DNA of 64,000 nt from a virus (IMGVR_UViG_3300030685_000003:6156-70155); one strand, 5' to 3'; positions 7,255-19,938 are shown, counted from the first letter of the stretch. A program made the numbers and translations. Notes: a model not told the origin generated them from the letters alone.

Positions 7255-9896
7255 GATTTTTTAGATTTAAATTTCATATAGTTGATAGTCTGGTCAATCT
7301 CATCAATCAATCAAGATGTTCATGTCATTTTAGTCTCTAGTATTCTTCTTAAGTTTAGTAGAGATTGACGTGTCCCTTCTTCGCACTCATCAATATCTGA
7401 TGGGATCCCAGAAGTATTTAAGAATGCCTTGAATATATACCATAGTTGTGGCTTCTCCTCTATATACTTGAAGTCTACGTAACACGCCTGTCAAGGTCTA
7501 GCCTTATCAAAATGTTCGTTGATTGTCTTGAATGTAGATATTATATCCATTTTGAAAGCGTCTGAGAACCTAGACATATCAAGATTTATATCGACATAAC
7601 AACCACCATTACAGAATTCTACCAAGCCCCTATGGACATTGAAGTGATTGAACAATACGATATATTTATTTGCGATATCGTCTGAATCATCTCTAGATAA
7701 TTGATCGAACATAGCATCAACAAGATACCCTTCATAATCTCATAATCACATTTTTCTAGCTATAGCTATAATGAATCAATAGCATTGTGATGTTCTATAG
7801 GTATCTCAATAATCTTTCCCAGAGGAATCAATCTTTATAACTAATGCGTCCTGTACAGAAAGCCATTCATCAACTAATCAATTGATCCCTGTCTCGTCCT
7901 TAAATATTTCTAGGACATTTCCAAGAATATTCCCCGGTAGTTCCTTCATGGCTTCTAGTCATCATGCTAACATTTTTCTTTTAGCACAAACGAGACAGAT
8001 ATTTCTTGAGACGGCTGCGGCATCATGGAATTTTGTTTGTCCATCAAATATAAACTGTCAAGAGATTGGGATACTAACAGTACTTAGTGTCTGCGTTCCC
8101 TTCATAATATTCTGTCAGTCGAATGCTGTTCTTACTAGCGATGTTACCGCAGCAGAATTTTTCAGGGCATCATTTCTAAATTCTTCTATACTGATAGGAA
8201 CGCTATGTCTTAATGAGGATTCCAAAACAAATGGAGATGATGCGGCGGGGACACTGTAATGCATACCGAACATCTTATCTAGCAATAATCTTTTGATAGT
8301 TGTTTTACCTGAGGCTTTCATTCCTTCGATAAACATACCTGGGATCTGTAGACGTCTGTCTCTAAAGAATTTTGAGTACACCAATCATATTCACATTAAG
8401 AATAGGGGATAGATAACCTTAGGCTCATATATTCTAAATAAGATATTTACTATCTCATCTCGTGACATATTAGTTTTCCCTGGTTCGTCTATCTGATCTT
8501 TGTTGGAATCAACTGTCCCTACATCACAATACAATCCGTCCATTATATACTTACCTCATGTCCTTACTAGGAATCTCTTCCCAAATATTTCTTGAAGTCA
8601 TAGACTTTCAGTATGCTCATACTCAGTACTTGTATTAAGGATATATTGTCTCAGCAATTTGATTCACTGAACATTGGTGATACAATCTACTCACTGTTCC
8701 ATGATCATCTTACTAAATTCTCATGCAGCACTGAACGGCTTAAGTGTGACAATGTTAATACCTTTGTTACTATCAATCTTTACAATTATTTTGCTACCGT
8801 CTGAACCTCAATCCGGACGTTTATTTATCTTAAAGAATCCTATTGGCTCTACGATTCCTGCTACTAATTTCTCTACATTTTCTCAGTTCTTCCCGTTAGA
8901 GATGAGGACCATTTCTTTTCTTACCTTATCTACTCTGATCTGAGTAGATGCTCAGTATCCTATGATATATGTATCCTTGTCGATAATCTTGATATTGTTT
9001 GAGTCTGCATTGATTGTAGCTAGTCTGTCTTGATATTGCTTGATAGCCTCATCACATTTCAAATCATAGTTAGATTTGAACCAGTGGATCAAATCCGGAA
9101 GCGAAGATATATTGAGAGCTTGTTTGGCTATTGTGTAGGCATTACCTCTAGGCTTATCCAAGGTAGTATCTGCTGTAAAACAGTTTACCGTGTTTCTAAA
9201 CTTATGATAAGCATATCCATTTACTTCTCAAGTCTTCGTATGAATTGATCAGTCTGGCAGAGTAGTGAACTTCCCTCATGATACTTTCTCTAATACATCA
9301 CTGGCGTCGATAGACTCGATCTCTTCGAAGATCTGTTTGATGTCTGGCCATTGAATGTATTTTTCCTTATCTTTACCATACTTCCATAGGATCTCATCGT
9401 ACCCTATAAACATAGAAGTAAGATCCGTAAGCGAGTATTGAGCATCGAAAGTTTTGATAGATATTTCTTGATCTCCTGTATTGTCTGCCCAGTATTGAGT
9501 ACTTGGCATAGGGAATCCAGTAGGTATGATCGCTCAGATCCTCTTGGCAATATTTGATGAAATCTTTTTGATCGCATCTTGATTTCCTACCTTGCTGTAC
9601 TCCTTATCTAATTTAATAAAGATATATTTTCCCTTAGGTGAGGTTATTATCATAGATGGAGCAAACAATCCCTCTCGAGTCTTATTGGCCCCGTCGATGA
9701 AAAAAGATAGTGTGTAAATACTATCTGAAACTATGCTAAAGAATATATCTTTCTTTTTCGCTGGAGAGTTCTGTATTTCTATATCATCTATGAGGCATGG
9801 ATCTTGCTTTCATTTAGCAACTCAAGCCTGCATAGAATAAATATTTGATCACGGAAACCCGTCCAAAAAAGATTTGATTTTATCTGCCTCAATCAT
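7236..9896 (-). CDS. primase-helicase (N-terminal primase-like, C-terminal P-loop NTPase), about 886 aa
   Basis: Four supplied fragments share one frame; Walker A FIEGMKASGKTT, Walker B-like ISIEEF; sits in the replication module. Confidence 0.72.
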
Positions 9897-9922
9897 CTAT
9901 TTTATTCAGGATATAAATAGGA

Positions 9923-10243
9923 TTAGTCTTCTAGATGATCTGGCTTGTTATAGTAGCTATATAAAGAGAACATAGATATGATCTGCTCTTTAGTTACTCA
10001 ATCTGTCCCAGTGAAATCTATAGTAGATAAAGACATTTTTTTACATCAGTTTACAAATTTCTTATAATCTTCTGGTCCTATACATTCCTTGAATAAATTT
10101 GGCTGTCCCGTCAATCTTATTTGATGACTAGTAGGCGCAATGAAAGAGACTAACTCTGATATAAGTTGATTAGCGATATACTTATTACTAACTAATTTAT
10201 TAACAACACTTGCAATGTCCTTTCTAGTTGCCGTGTTAGCCAT
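9923..10243 (-). CDS. hypothetical protein (106 aa)
   Basis: Supplied ORF extended through TGA to TAA. Confidence 0.65.
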
Positions 10244-10352
10244 AATAGTTTTCCCTATAAAGTAGGGATCTCAATCTTTTGATATCTTAGCTTTGAAATA
10301 TATCTTAGAGTCATAGTGCTTTGTATTCTTTTGTTGCATGGGGAGGGGAAGA

Positions 10353-10880
10353 TTAGATTCTAAAATAATTCAATCCGAGTACATACTCATTTAAAAATTT
10401 AATAACTTGGATAGCAGGATATGTTTCATCATACAGGATTATTGTTTCCTTACCGTGTTTATTGATAACCGCTCTATGGTCTGAATGACTGAACTCAATG
10501 AAGTGATCAACGTCTATAGTTCGTCCTACTGTTCTCATACTACCATAAGAATGTGATTGCCCAGCACCTTGTGCAGCATAACATACCGTTCTTATAACAT
10601 CACAGAATTGTTGCCCAGTAAATTCCTTCATAAGTTTAGTTGCTTCTTGATGAGCTAGAAGTCCAGGATTGACTTTCTTTTCTGGTACCTCTTCTAGGGT
10701 TGGTGGTGTTTCCTCTTGTGGAGGTATAACCGCTTGAGCAGATTGTTTTGCTAGTTCTTCTTCCTGTTCCTTTGTAACTTGTTGGGCTGATTCTTGTGTC
10801 GCTAGTCCTGGAGCTAACTGTTCTGCAGCAGCTTTATCTACTCAATTGTCAATTGCAATTTCTCGTGGGTTGATTGGCAT
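10353..10880 (-). CDS. hypothetical protein with acidic Pro/Gln-rich N-terminus (175 aa)
   Basis: ATG at 10880 is in frame with the supplied 10353..10631 ORF via TGA=Gly. Confidence 0.65.
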
Positions 10881-10903
10881 GTGTATTAAGTTAATTATAA
10901 AAA

Positions 10904-12208
10904 TTATTCGTAATCTTTCATATCAAGATATGTGAAGTTATTTGTGTATGTTTGATACGCTCTCTTTCTGGCGTACCATTGATTCTCCGTCATTGAAGAA
11001 TTATCTACTATGTCGTATATATTTATCTCTTGTTTCCCTTCAAAAGATCTCATTGCTCTTCCCGATGCTTGTATAACATTAGCTGGCTCTCTACCTGAGA
11101 AACAGACTATAATTGTATCTACTGCTGGATTATCGAATCCTACTCAGAGGATTTGTCTTGTTGCTACCAATACTCTTTTTTCTTCAAATTGCAACATAAT
11201 TTCATTTCTTTTTTTTGTGGTAGTTGTGGCAACTATGAATGGGATATCAAGTTCTTTTCAAAATCTCTCGGAAGTCTCAGCTCTGTCAGTCATGATAAGT
11301 ATTTTTTTGTTTGCTGATAAAGACTTCTTTACTAGTCTTTTCACCACATCTATTTTTTCTGGGTTTGCTTCTAACATTGTCTTAAGATTATTCCAATCAG
11401 CATACTCATCGAATAGTGTCTTGAGTTTTATCTTAGTAACCCTTATGTCAAATTGAGAGATAAGAAACTCTCTATATTCATAAGCATCTACTATTCTTCC
11501 CCAAAATTTTAGGAAGTCACCATACTTAAATCAAGACATATCAGGAGTTCAAGTCATAGCATACTTATATTGACATTGGGTCTCTATGATCATATTTCTG
11601 TATGTGTTTTTGATGAGTAGATGTGCTTCATCGAATATAGTTATATCCCATTCCCCATTATATTTTTCTAAGAATTTTTTGTAGGAAGCATAAACAACAA
11701 CCGTTATGTCATTGAATTGTTTCTTCATTCCATAGTAGATACCTACTTGTCATGGGAATTTTTCTTCTAATGATGCTGATAGTTGTTGTGCATTCATAAT
11801 TGTATTTGTCAATATAACTGTCTTTCATTTAAGCTGCCCTATTATCCAAGCAGTTGTCACCGTCTTACCGTATCCAACATCGGCGTATAAAAGACCGTAT
11901 GGTTTCTGGATAAGTTCTTTCTGTGGTCTATCCTGATATCGTCTAAGTACTGTAGTATCGTGTATTGTAATAGGCTTATTTATTACTGACTCTACCTTTA
12001 TTCCGAAGTGTTCACAAGCAGAGATATTACACTTCCCATTCCTAACATTCCATAGTGGATAGAAATCTGGTTGCATATATCAGGCCTTCTCATTGATCCT
12101 AGTTAGCTTTTCTTTCTTGTAATTTTCTGTACGCAAAAAAGATTTAGGATTAGCGAAGGTATTTAGTTGTGTTATCTCTGCAAGAGTTATTGATCAGTTA
12201 TGGAGCAT
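10904..12208 (-). CDS. superfamily 2 (DEAH) helicase (434 aa)
   Basis: ADVGYGKT, IFDEAH, AMTGTP, GVGFD, QASGRAMR. Confidence 0.92.
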
Positions 12209-12270
12209 CGTAGACAACAGGAGGTAAAGGTTGATTAGAATAGATAGACGTGTGCTATCTAGCTATTCTA

Positions 12271-12290
12271 ATGAACCCTTACGGGCTCAT
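12271..12290 (-). terminator. hairpin/terminator after ssb
   Basis: tgaaccc-ttac-gggctca stem-loop directly after the stop. Confidence 0.45.
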
Positions 12291-12293
12291 TGA

Positions 12294-12611
12294 CTAGAAC
12301 GGTAAATCATCATCATTCTTTGGTGCTGATGTAGTACCTCAAATCTTTTCTAATTTCCAACAAGTGATAGCATTGAAGTATCTACCTGCTTGAGTTTTAG
12401 ATTCATTAGCCCTGCTGTTGAGATTAACTAAGATAAGATCTCCTTCCTTTACTCCTTCGAGCAAACCAATCTTGTCTCTAAAGAAATCTACTGCGAGACT
12501 TCCTTTGAATTCTCTATCTGTATTCTCTTCGAGAACAACAGTTTGTTTTTCTAGATCAGCTCCGATAATTTCTTTCGGGCAAATTGTTTTAACGATTCCT
12601 TCGAATTGCAT
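12294..12611 (-). CDS. ssb: single-stranded DNA-binding protein (DUF3127-like OB fold, 105 aa)
   Basis: EKQTVVLEE..LAVDFF..GRYFNAITCWKLE; acidic tail NDDDLPF reached only via TGA=Gly. Confidence 0.85.
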
Positions 12612-12759
12612 GGTGAAATAAGTGTAAGAATAAAATACTAATTTATTGGAGTAGCTCCTACAGGTTACCGACAACAGAGCTAACGTTTCGCGACATTGAT
12701 ACTTGCGGGATCAAGACGGTTTTACGATGGTGCATTACTACATCCACCTCCAATGGTGA

Positions 12760-13140
12760 TTACTTCTTAGCGATGATGATTGCTTTGTATACATTGTCTC
12801 TGTCGCTTTCATCAGAGTATGTGATTATCTCTTCGAATCAGCCCATAGTAACTATCTTTAGTACAGGCTTGAATCAGTCTTGTTCTACCTCAGCGGCTAT
12901 AAGAGAGATGAGAGATGGATTGACCCAGTTATTACTCTGGACATGGATCCGAGGCACCGCACTCTTTACTAACTTAAATGCATCATCTCTTTCTATTTGG
13001 GTATCATATCAGAAGTCTAGCCATTCTCAATTAGAAAGCCTAGCTGATATAAAATATCTACCATCGTGTCAGGTATATGTTTGTACCCATGACATTAGAT
13101 TGGGTACAACCCATATCCTTCATTTGAGATTTAATAGCAT
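12760..13140 (-). CDS. hypothetical protein (126 aa)
   Basis: Open ATG..TAA with TGA=Gly. Confidence 0.65.
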
Positions 13141-13152
13141 CGGATTAGATAA

Positions 13153-13689
13153 TTATTTAAACAACTTACAATCAGTGTAGGTTAGCTCGACCATAGTTTC
13201 GTAATCTATAGCATCGTTCTGAAACAACTCTATCATCTTACAAGAGATGTCTCTAGTCCAAGATGGCGCTGGCGTATAGCGATCCTTAACATCATCATAA
13301 ACAATCTTAGCTATGCGGTTTTTCACTTCTCATTGCATTGTATTTTTTAGATCGTCTATATCTACTAGTTCATACCAATAGACTTTAATATTATAGTAAC
13401 CACTATCTCCATCTCATCCATGATCCCGATGCTTATTTTGATACATCCCAATATCTCATTTATGTAGCTCCATACATTCTTTTATTCCTTTGATTTTACT
13501 CTCTAATGTTCCTAAGGAATCTCATAATAAGTCCCACTCTTCTGATTTAGCTCTTAATGTTCTATATTCATAACTTCAATATCTAAGTTCTCCTGATTTA
13601 TAAAGTTTGTTAGCCTCTTTGACGCTATTCTTCCAAGACGATTCAACATCTTTGGCGATATCGTCGATCATTCATTTGGTTAGTTGCAT
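13153..13689 (-). CDS. hypothetical protein (178 aa)
   Basis: Open ATG..TAA with TGA=Gly. Confidence 0.65.
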
Positions 13690-13709
13690 GATAGTTGGTT
13701 GAATATAAA

Positions 13710-14426
13710 TTATCTCTTTGCAAATCTTCCCTCGCATCAGATCTTGAATTGGCACCCTTCACAGAATTTATTGTTATGTCTAGGATATTCTCCCAACATA
13801 TTACATTCAAGATATTTAGTCATAGTTCTGTCTACATATTCTTGACATTCTGATCTACATCTAATAATTGTAGCTTTCTTCATAGAACCTTTAGCTTTAT
13901 CCCAACAGACAAAAGAGAATTCAATCTTATCTACTTTATAGTAATCCATAAGCATCAATGGATATACGAAACTTTGAGCATCATAGTCAAATAAATTCCC
14001 ATCAATGTAATACGCATGAGTAGAAAATTTAAGATCTTCAACGCTGATAAAGACGTCTTCTTTTGGATTATTTCTATCAAAGTCACGAGGAATTATTACA
14101 AGATCAGTACTACCAACAATCATCTCATCCATCCATTTAAGATAGTGCTTGGCTTCCTGGTAAACATAGTTGTCTTTCTTGAGATTTTCTACATATTTCC
14201 TAGCCTCAGCATGTGCTTTTTTCATCATATGAATTTGTTTGAAATCCACAGAGAAGTTAGCCATATACCAAGTGAAATATGCATCAGTAGGTCCATTACT
14301 ATTCACCGCAATGTTTAGCATATCACCCGGATAAGTCTCAGCGATATCAGGTGAGTATTCATCGTTCTTAAATTTGAACGGACACTGTATGAATGATGTC
14401 AGTGATGTTACATGAATTGGGTTCAT
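13710..14426 (-). CDS. PD-(D/E)XK exonuclease (RecB/AddB/Cas4-like, Fe-S staple), 238 aa
   Basis: S.TSF.QCP, GSTDLV, EDLK, Q..VY, C-terminal CEGCQFKIGC; lies near Bet. Confidence 0.85.
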
Positions 14427-14441
14427 TGTGATAGGGTGCAA

Positions 14442-14678
14442 TTAAAACGGGAGATCATCTAGATCAGCCGGCTGCGTTATGCTAGGAGGTGAGACAATCT
14501 CACCATCCTTAGTGTTACTAAACATATCCTTGCGGAATTGTCAACAGTCTATGGTTATCATATCCACAGATTCCTTACCCATTTTGATTGTAAACTCTTC
14601 TTTAACTTCGTATAGTTTACCGATCTCTAGTTTCTTGAACTGTGTTCATTCACTGTCATTTGTATTACACCTTAGCAT
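14442..14678 (-). CDS. small protein with SSB-like acidic tail (78 aa)
   Basis: Open with TGA=Gly; ends ADLDDLPF*. Confidence 0.65.
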
Positions 14679-15072
14679 TCTTTTCCTTGGTTACCTTTAA
14701 ATATGAACTTGGTTGGATATCCAAAAATTCAAACGCTTCAGGAGATTCTTTTAAGAAATCCATATTGACTGTTTGTTTCACAACACCACCACCTAATTTC
14801 TCTACAAGTTGTGATAGTTCCACCCCCTCTTTTAGGACTGTCTTATTGACAGAGATTTTAGAAAGAGTATACCCATTCATAGATATAGGTGCTTCGATAT
14901 CATCTAAGATAGGTGCAATTATTTTTAGTTCATCTTCCATCTCTTTGATAGAATTTTTGAGTTCGATATATCTTGCAACTACTGCTGTCATATCTGGCTT
15001 TCAACTATTCCCTGAGTTGTTTCAGATGATTGATCCGTTGATGTTTGATCATTCGATGGTGATTGCGTTCAT
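14665..15072 (-). CDS. hypothetical protein (135 aa; start could instead be 14991)
   Basis: Supplied ORF extends to an upstream ATG preceded by a TTTTA leader. Confidence 0.6.
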
Positions 15073-15926
15073 TCTGGTAGCTGATTAGTTTGTAAAAGAT
15101 TAAGTGAAGCCAGTGCTTCATTATACATAACCCCCATAGCAACATGCTCTGGACTTTTGTCCGCTATTCTGAAACTTTCTTTAAGTTCTTTTAATACTCA
15201 AATGAGTTTCATCTTGTCGCCCACAACAGATGCTTTTGTTGCGTCTAATAAGATTGGATGAACCAACTCATTAAATTTTTCTTTTATTTGTTCAAGAACT
15301 GACTCAGAGGATTCTCCTGGAATAATCTCAACTCCTTCTTGTACAAAGTTACCTTCTCCTTCTTCTGGAATATAAGGCATTCAACCCAATTCACTTGGGA
15401 ATGCAGCACGGAATCCTTGTCCGATAGCAACCTTTTTAATCATGAACTCTGGCATGGTTGCCCAAGTCCCTTGATATGATCAGTCTGATTTCTTCTTAGC
15501 AAATTCTGTCATAGATACATCCCATTCAAAAGGGAGTTTCCAATCCTTTCTATGAATAGTTACTCTAGCTCACAGCAATTTGTTATCTTTGTCTATGATT
15601 GTATTTACAGTCCAACCATCTAGTTGCCCGCTTCTCATAGCTCTTTCGATATACGTTTGATATCCGGTAACTATTGTAAGTTCTGGCACCTTCTCCCGCT
15701 TACCATTAACATTGACACTCTTTTCATATGGGATAGCATAGATCTCCCTCTTGAATGGATTTAGATTGAATCCCTTGGCTATGTTTAAAAACATGATAAG
15801 TTGGTTGTCTGAGAGTTTTGTATTACTACCCAACAAGAAGTCTTTAATCATTTTGTCTGTTACTTGACCTACAACCAATTCTGATTGTGTGGTCTCTGCT
15901 AGAACTTCACTTGGCTTAGGCGTCAT
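14979..15926 (-). CDS. bet: phage recombination protein Bet/RecT (315 aa)
   Basis: LNPFKREIYAI, IVTGYQTY, SGQLDGW, HRKDW, TWATMPEFMIKKVAIGQGFRAAFP. Confidence 0.92.
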
Positions 15927-16335
15927 CTGTTTCGGGGTTAATATTAAATTTGCTTAGTAAGAATAATATTTGTTGCATTTCTTGATCTTGTGCTGAGTCT
16001 AATTTGATTTGTAAAGATCTAACAATAAGGTCTTCTTCTTCTTGAGTGAAACAAGGATTGAATATATCTTTGTGTCAATCTTCGTTCATAGATAGCTGCC
16101 CGTCTTTGCTGATCTCCATCTTAAATCTTGTGATCTCAATTTGATTAGGGACCAATTTGTTTGATAAAGAAATGATTGTTGGAGCGTCAGATTCTAGCAT
16201 TTCCTCGTCTTGTGGTTGAGGTAATGTTCCTAGGATAATAAGTCTATCGAACATAGATACCCAAAAATTCTCATCTCTCATTTTTTCTTTTTGAACCTTT
16301 ACTAACTTTACTTTAATTTCATCATTCTTTTCCAT
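15916..16335 (-). CDS. hypothetical protein (139 aa)
   Basis: Supplied ORF extended through TGA. Confidence 0.65.
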
Positions 16336-16343
16336 AACTAGAT

Positions 16344-16577
16344 CTATTTATAAAAGTAAAGCATTGCGTATAATCCTGCGACTGCGATGAAAACAAGAGC
16401 CAATCAAATGACTACTGGCTTGGTGTTAAGGCTGAAAGAAAATTCTGCCTCTATTGATTCTTCAACCCTATGGGGTGCGGCAACTTTGGATGATTTCTTT
16501 GTGTTTGTCTCTACCGGAGTAGGTTCCTTTGTATTAGATCTTGGTGTTTGGATTCTTCTAGATGGTTTCTTGTCCAT
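16344..16577 (-). CDS. small protein with C-terminal TM helix (77 aa)
   Basis: Open with TGA=Gly; hydrophobic C-terminus. Confidence 0.6.
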
Positions 16578-16601
16578 TAGTGCAAAATATAAATTAAAAA
16601 T

Positions 16602-16823
16602 TTAACAATCCGGAGTTCGTTCAATAGATCTGTACTGAGATATCCTATATAATCAATTAGGTATCTTATGAGCACGAGCATAAGCCCTTAGCTCTAACAA
16701 TTCTTTTTTCTTAGCTACTTCTGACGTCTCATTGCTTCGAGAACACAGCATCTCTAGAAAAGTATCCAGTATATACTGACGTTTTTCTCAAGCATCGTCA
16801 AAAATTGGTTGGTTTTTATTCAT
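16602..16823 (-). CDS. hypothetical protein (73 aa), first gene after the promoter at 16838-16865
   Basis: Open ATG..TAA with TGA=Gly. Confidence 0.55.
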
Positions 16824-16837
16824 CAGATTGTGGGCAT

Positions 16838-16865
16838 AATATAAACGATACGTACTTTTTTGCAA
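16838..16865 (-). promoter_or_regulatory. sigma70-like promoter for the recombination/replication operon
   Basis: TTGCAA-N16-TATATT; shares TTGCAAAAAAGTACGTAT with the promoter at 6425-6452. Confidence 0.7.
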
Positions 16866-16869
16866 GAGA

Positions 16870-17118
16870 TTATTTGTTTTTTTGTCTTGGCTTCTTAAAC
16901 TTACCATACTTTATTCTGAATACATATGTAGTTTTCATACTTAGGTTTGTTGTTTCTTTCCAGAAACAATATCTCATAACGTGATCGTCCATAAGAATAT
17001 CTTTTTCCACTTTGTTTGCGTCTTTCTCGTCAACCTCGAATGTACAATCATTATCGAATTTTCATCCTTCTGATCGCTTCTCATTCTTTTTAATCTTGAC
17101 TTTTAATAACGTAGCCAT
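16870..17118 (-). CDS. hypothetical protein (82 aa)
   Basis: Open ATG..TAA with TGA=Gly. Confidence 0.55.
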
Positions 17119-17145
17119 AATAAGTTTTTTGATAAAGAGATAAAA

Positions 17146-17358
17146 TTAGTTTACTGGTTCAAGGCTTTCTTCTAGAACTCGGAATTTACCGTTACTAGAA
17201 TCAAGAAGATATTCTACTGTAGTTCATCAAATTCTTATCCCTAATATGGGGCGAACGACTATGTATGTATCGTCAGCTCTTTTACATAGATCTCCTACAT
17301 TAAATTTAGTGATTACTTTTACTGTCTTTGTTGATGGTACTTTCTGTTTGAATTCCAT
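17146..17358 (-). CDS. hypothetical protein (70 aa)
   Basis: Open ATG..TAA; KFNVGDLCK motif typical of small SH3/KOW-like phage proteins. Confidence 0.55.
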
Positions 17359-17384
17359 TGGGATAGGGGGTATAAAATAAAGAA

Positions 17385-17624
17385 CTAATAATTTTCTTCG
17401 AGCCAGTCGAAATAAGCGTCAGCCATATCTCTTTTAACCTGAGGCCAGTCTATGCTATCATAGTAACTGTCTAGTTGTCAGCTATTTACTAGGTAAGCCC
17501 TAGCTGAGTTATCCTCTACATACTTCTCTAGATACATCGCTTGGTTCTCGTTCTCGAAATCCTCGGGAGACATATCCGGGCGAAATACAACTTTTTGTTT
17601 TCTCTTTGGTAGTGGTTCAGCCAT
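17385..17624 (-). CDS. hypothetical acidic protein (79 aa)
   Basis: Open ATG..TAG with TGA=Gly. Confidence 0.55.
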
Positions 17625-18445
17625 TAGTTCGGTTGGTTACTTGAACTAAAATATGGATTTCTACACAATCATAGGCAATACCCAGCTGAGTATTGTACTC
17701 TGTGAGGTATGAATAAGTCAGCCCTATCAGGATTAGCTAGGCATACCATATTGCTTACGATATATATTTTCCCTGGCTGTTCCTTAGGTAGTGTCGATGG
17801 TACCAATTGATTTTCATAGACAGGGATATCGTTTACATATCCTATCAACATCTCATTCTCCGAGATCCTGATACGCCCGTGTGCTGGGATGCTATAACCA
17901 CTAGCAAAGGAGACTACGTGTCAAGTTAGGTTAAATATCTGAGTTCACTCGTATGCTGGCACATCTTGGTTGATGTTGAAGAAATCTTCTTGTTGTTGCA
18001 CTGGTTCGAGCTCTTGAATTGGTTCAGGCTCTGTCATCTTTGCTAGTGTATTTGTTCTAGATTCTTGCATCTCTAGCTTAGTTCTTCTCTTGCGTTTTGG
18101 CTTTACTTCTCAAGATTGTTCTAGCTTAATCTTCTTTGGTCTTCATCTACCTCTCTTAATTGGCTGCTCTTCTTCCATATCTAATCAGACAATTACCTCT
18201 TTCTTTGGTCTCCCTCTTCATTTCTTGACGATTGGTTCAGTCACTTGTTCTGCGAACGGTTTACTGATTAGTTTGTTGTATTGAACTGGTACGAATGATG
18301 TTTCTCTAACTAGAATTGAGCCACCATTTTGTTCTATAACATAATAATCAACTCATTTCATAGTATGAGTATAGGATATTATTTTACTTACTGTCCCGTT
18401 ATTCATTTGGATGAGTAGCCCTGGGGCAAAATGCTTTTTTGTCAT
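17624..18445 (-). CDS. AT-hook-containing protein (273 aa)
   Basis: KKGRGRPKK and KRGRGRPKK (each needs TGA=Gly); C-terminal NLTGH..YIVS..DLFIP phage domain. Confidence 0.7.
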
Positions 18446-18481
18446 TACAAATTATAGTGGATAAAAATGCTGATAAAGAAT

Positions 18482-18700
18482 TTACTTTACTTCTTTTAGA
18501 ATATCTTGAAATGTTTTATTTGTTTCAAGTAGATATTCCGAAAGCAAGTGATTCAATCTATTGTGTATCCATACTAATTCCTTGTGATGGAAAGAAGAGT
18601 TCCCCCTATTTATATCAATCCATTTGAGTTTGTTTTTCGCCTCTGCTTTTAGTTTCATAAGTCCGATGACTATCTTGTCTGTTGCTTTCTTATTAGCCAT
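18482..18700 (-). CDS. hypothetical protein (72 aa)
   Basis: Supplied ORF on the coding strand of this region, ends in TAA. Confidence 0.6.
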   Translation of the reverse strand: MANKKATDKIVIGLMKLKAEAKNKLKWIDINRGNSSFHHKELVWIHNRLNHLLSEYLLETNKTFQDILKEVK

Positions 18701-19099
18701 ATGTAATATAATAGAAATAAAATTATCTTTTTTTTATGATACAAAATTCTCTATTGATCCCGAGTTCGTCTAGCTTTACCTGGATATAACTCGCGTCATA
18801 TGTAGTGAATAACAGATCGTCCTGAATCATTACAACCTTAGGACAATTCGGTTTGAGGTGTGCCTTATAGACGTATCGCATTATCGGCTACGGTATTGAG
18901 ATAAAAATTCTAATAATTTCGCTTTCATCCCCTCTTCATTTTTCTCGCTCTCTATAAAGATATAGTCTTCTTCCATTTCTAGTATAAGAGACTCAACTTC
19001 TGCGATATTATTTATTATTGCTCATTCCTTTTCTAATATACTTCTAACTTTGATATAGAAATCTGCTCTTCCTGGGTAATATACTCTTCCGAACATCTA

Positions 19100-19525
19100 T
19101 TAGTCTGTTATAGATAAAGACTTCGCCTCTTCTGCTAGTTCTTCTAATCTTTCAATCATTTCGTCATATCAATTTTCGTAAGTCACAAATTGATCTTCTA
19201 GAGTTATTGCATATTTTCTTCACTTCTCTGTGCCATATCTAGGGGTTCGTCTGTCTGTCCTGATTTCTATATCCGTTCTATCTTCACTACAAGCGACTAC
19301 TTCTGCGTATATTCATTTACCTTTGTAGAGATTTGTTATTAAAAATCCTATCTCTAAATCATTGGCGTTTTCTAGTCGCTCATCTTTTTGTTCGGTTGTG
19401 AGCTTTGCAAGTGTCCCGTCTTCGTCTATAGCTTCTTGGCGTCAATAACCTTGACAAGAACATTTATATTCATTCTCCTCTAATACTTTTTTACTATCTG
19501 TGCTTTCGTGGTAGTATTTTGCCAT
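19100..19525 (-). CDS. hypothetical protein (141 aa)
   Basis: Open ATG..TAA with TGA=Gly. Confidence 0.6.
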
Positions 19526-19526
19526 T

Positions 19527-19886
19527 CTATTCTTGTCAATCAAATAAAACATCGTCCGGCGTTCTGTCATCGTCCAGTGTTGCTGGCTTTTGTTCTGATG
19601 CATCCATTAGTTCTATGCTTTCTTCTACCACTCGGTATCTATTCTCTTCGTGATTATCCGGGTCATCCCCCGTATGGAAAGAAGTATTTTCTATATCAAA
19701 AATAATCTCTCGAGAATATACAATATCTTTATAATTATGAAAACTCGCGATAACCCCTGGTATTTTTTCTGGAAGATTATTCCAATATTCTTTTGTTATT
19801 ACTCGTACTTTTTGTCATTTCTTATATTTTTCCTCCTTCGTTTCCTGTTCTCTCGCGTCGGCTTCTGTTAGTTCTTGTATAGCCAT
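19527..19886 (-). CDS. hypothetical protein (119 aa)
   Basis: Open ATG..TAG; KYKKGQKV(W)VI. Confidence 0.6.
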
Positions 19887-19938
19887 CTTGGATTGTAATA
19901 AGAAAAGTAAAGACCGGCGCACCGGGTTGATAAAGGAC

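Noticed and set aside
13710-14426. CRISPR-associated Cas4
   Set aside because: No cas1/cas2 or array; the location near Bet and SSB indicates a recombination exonuclease.
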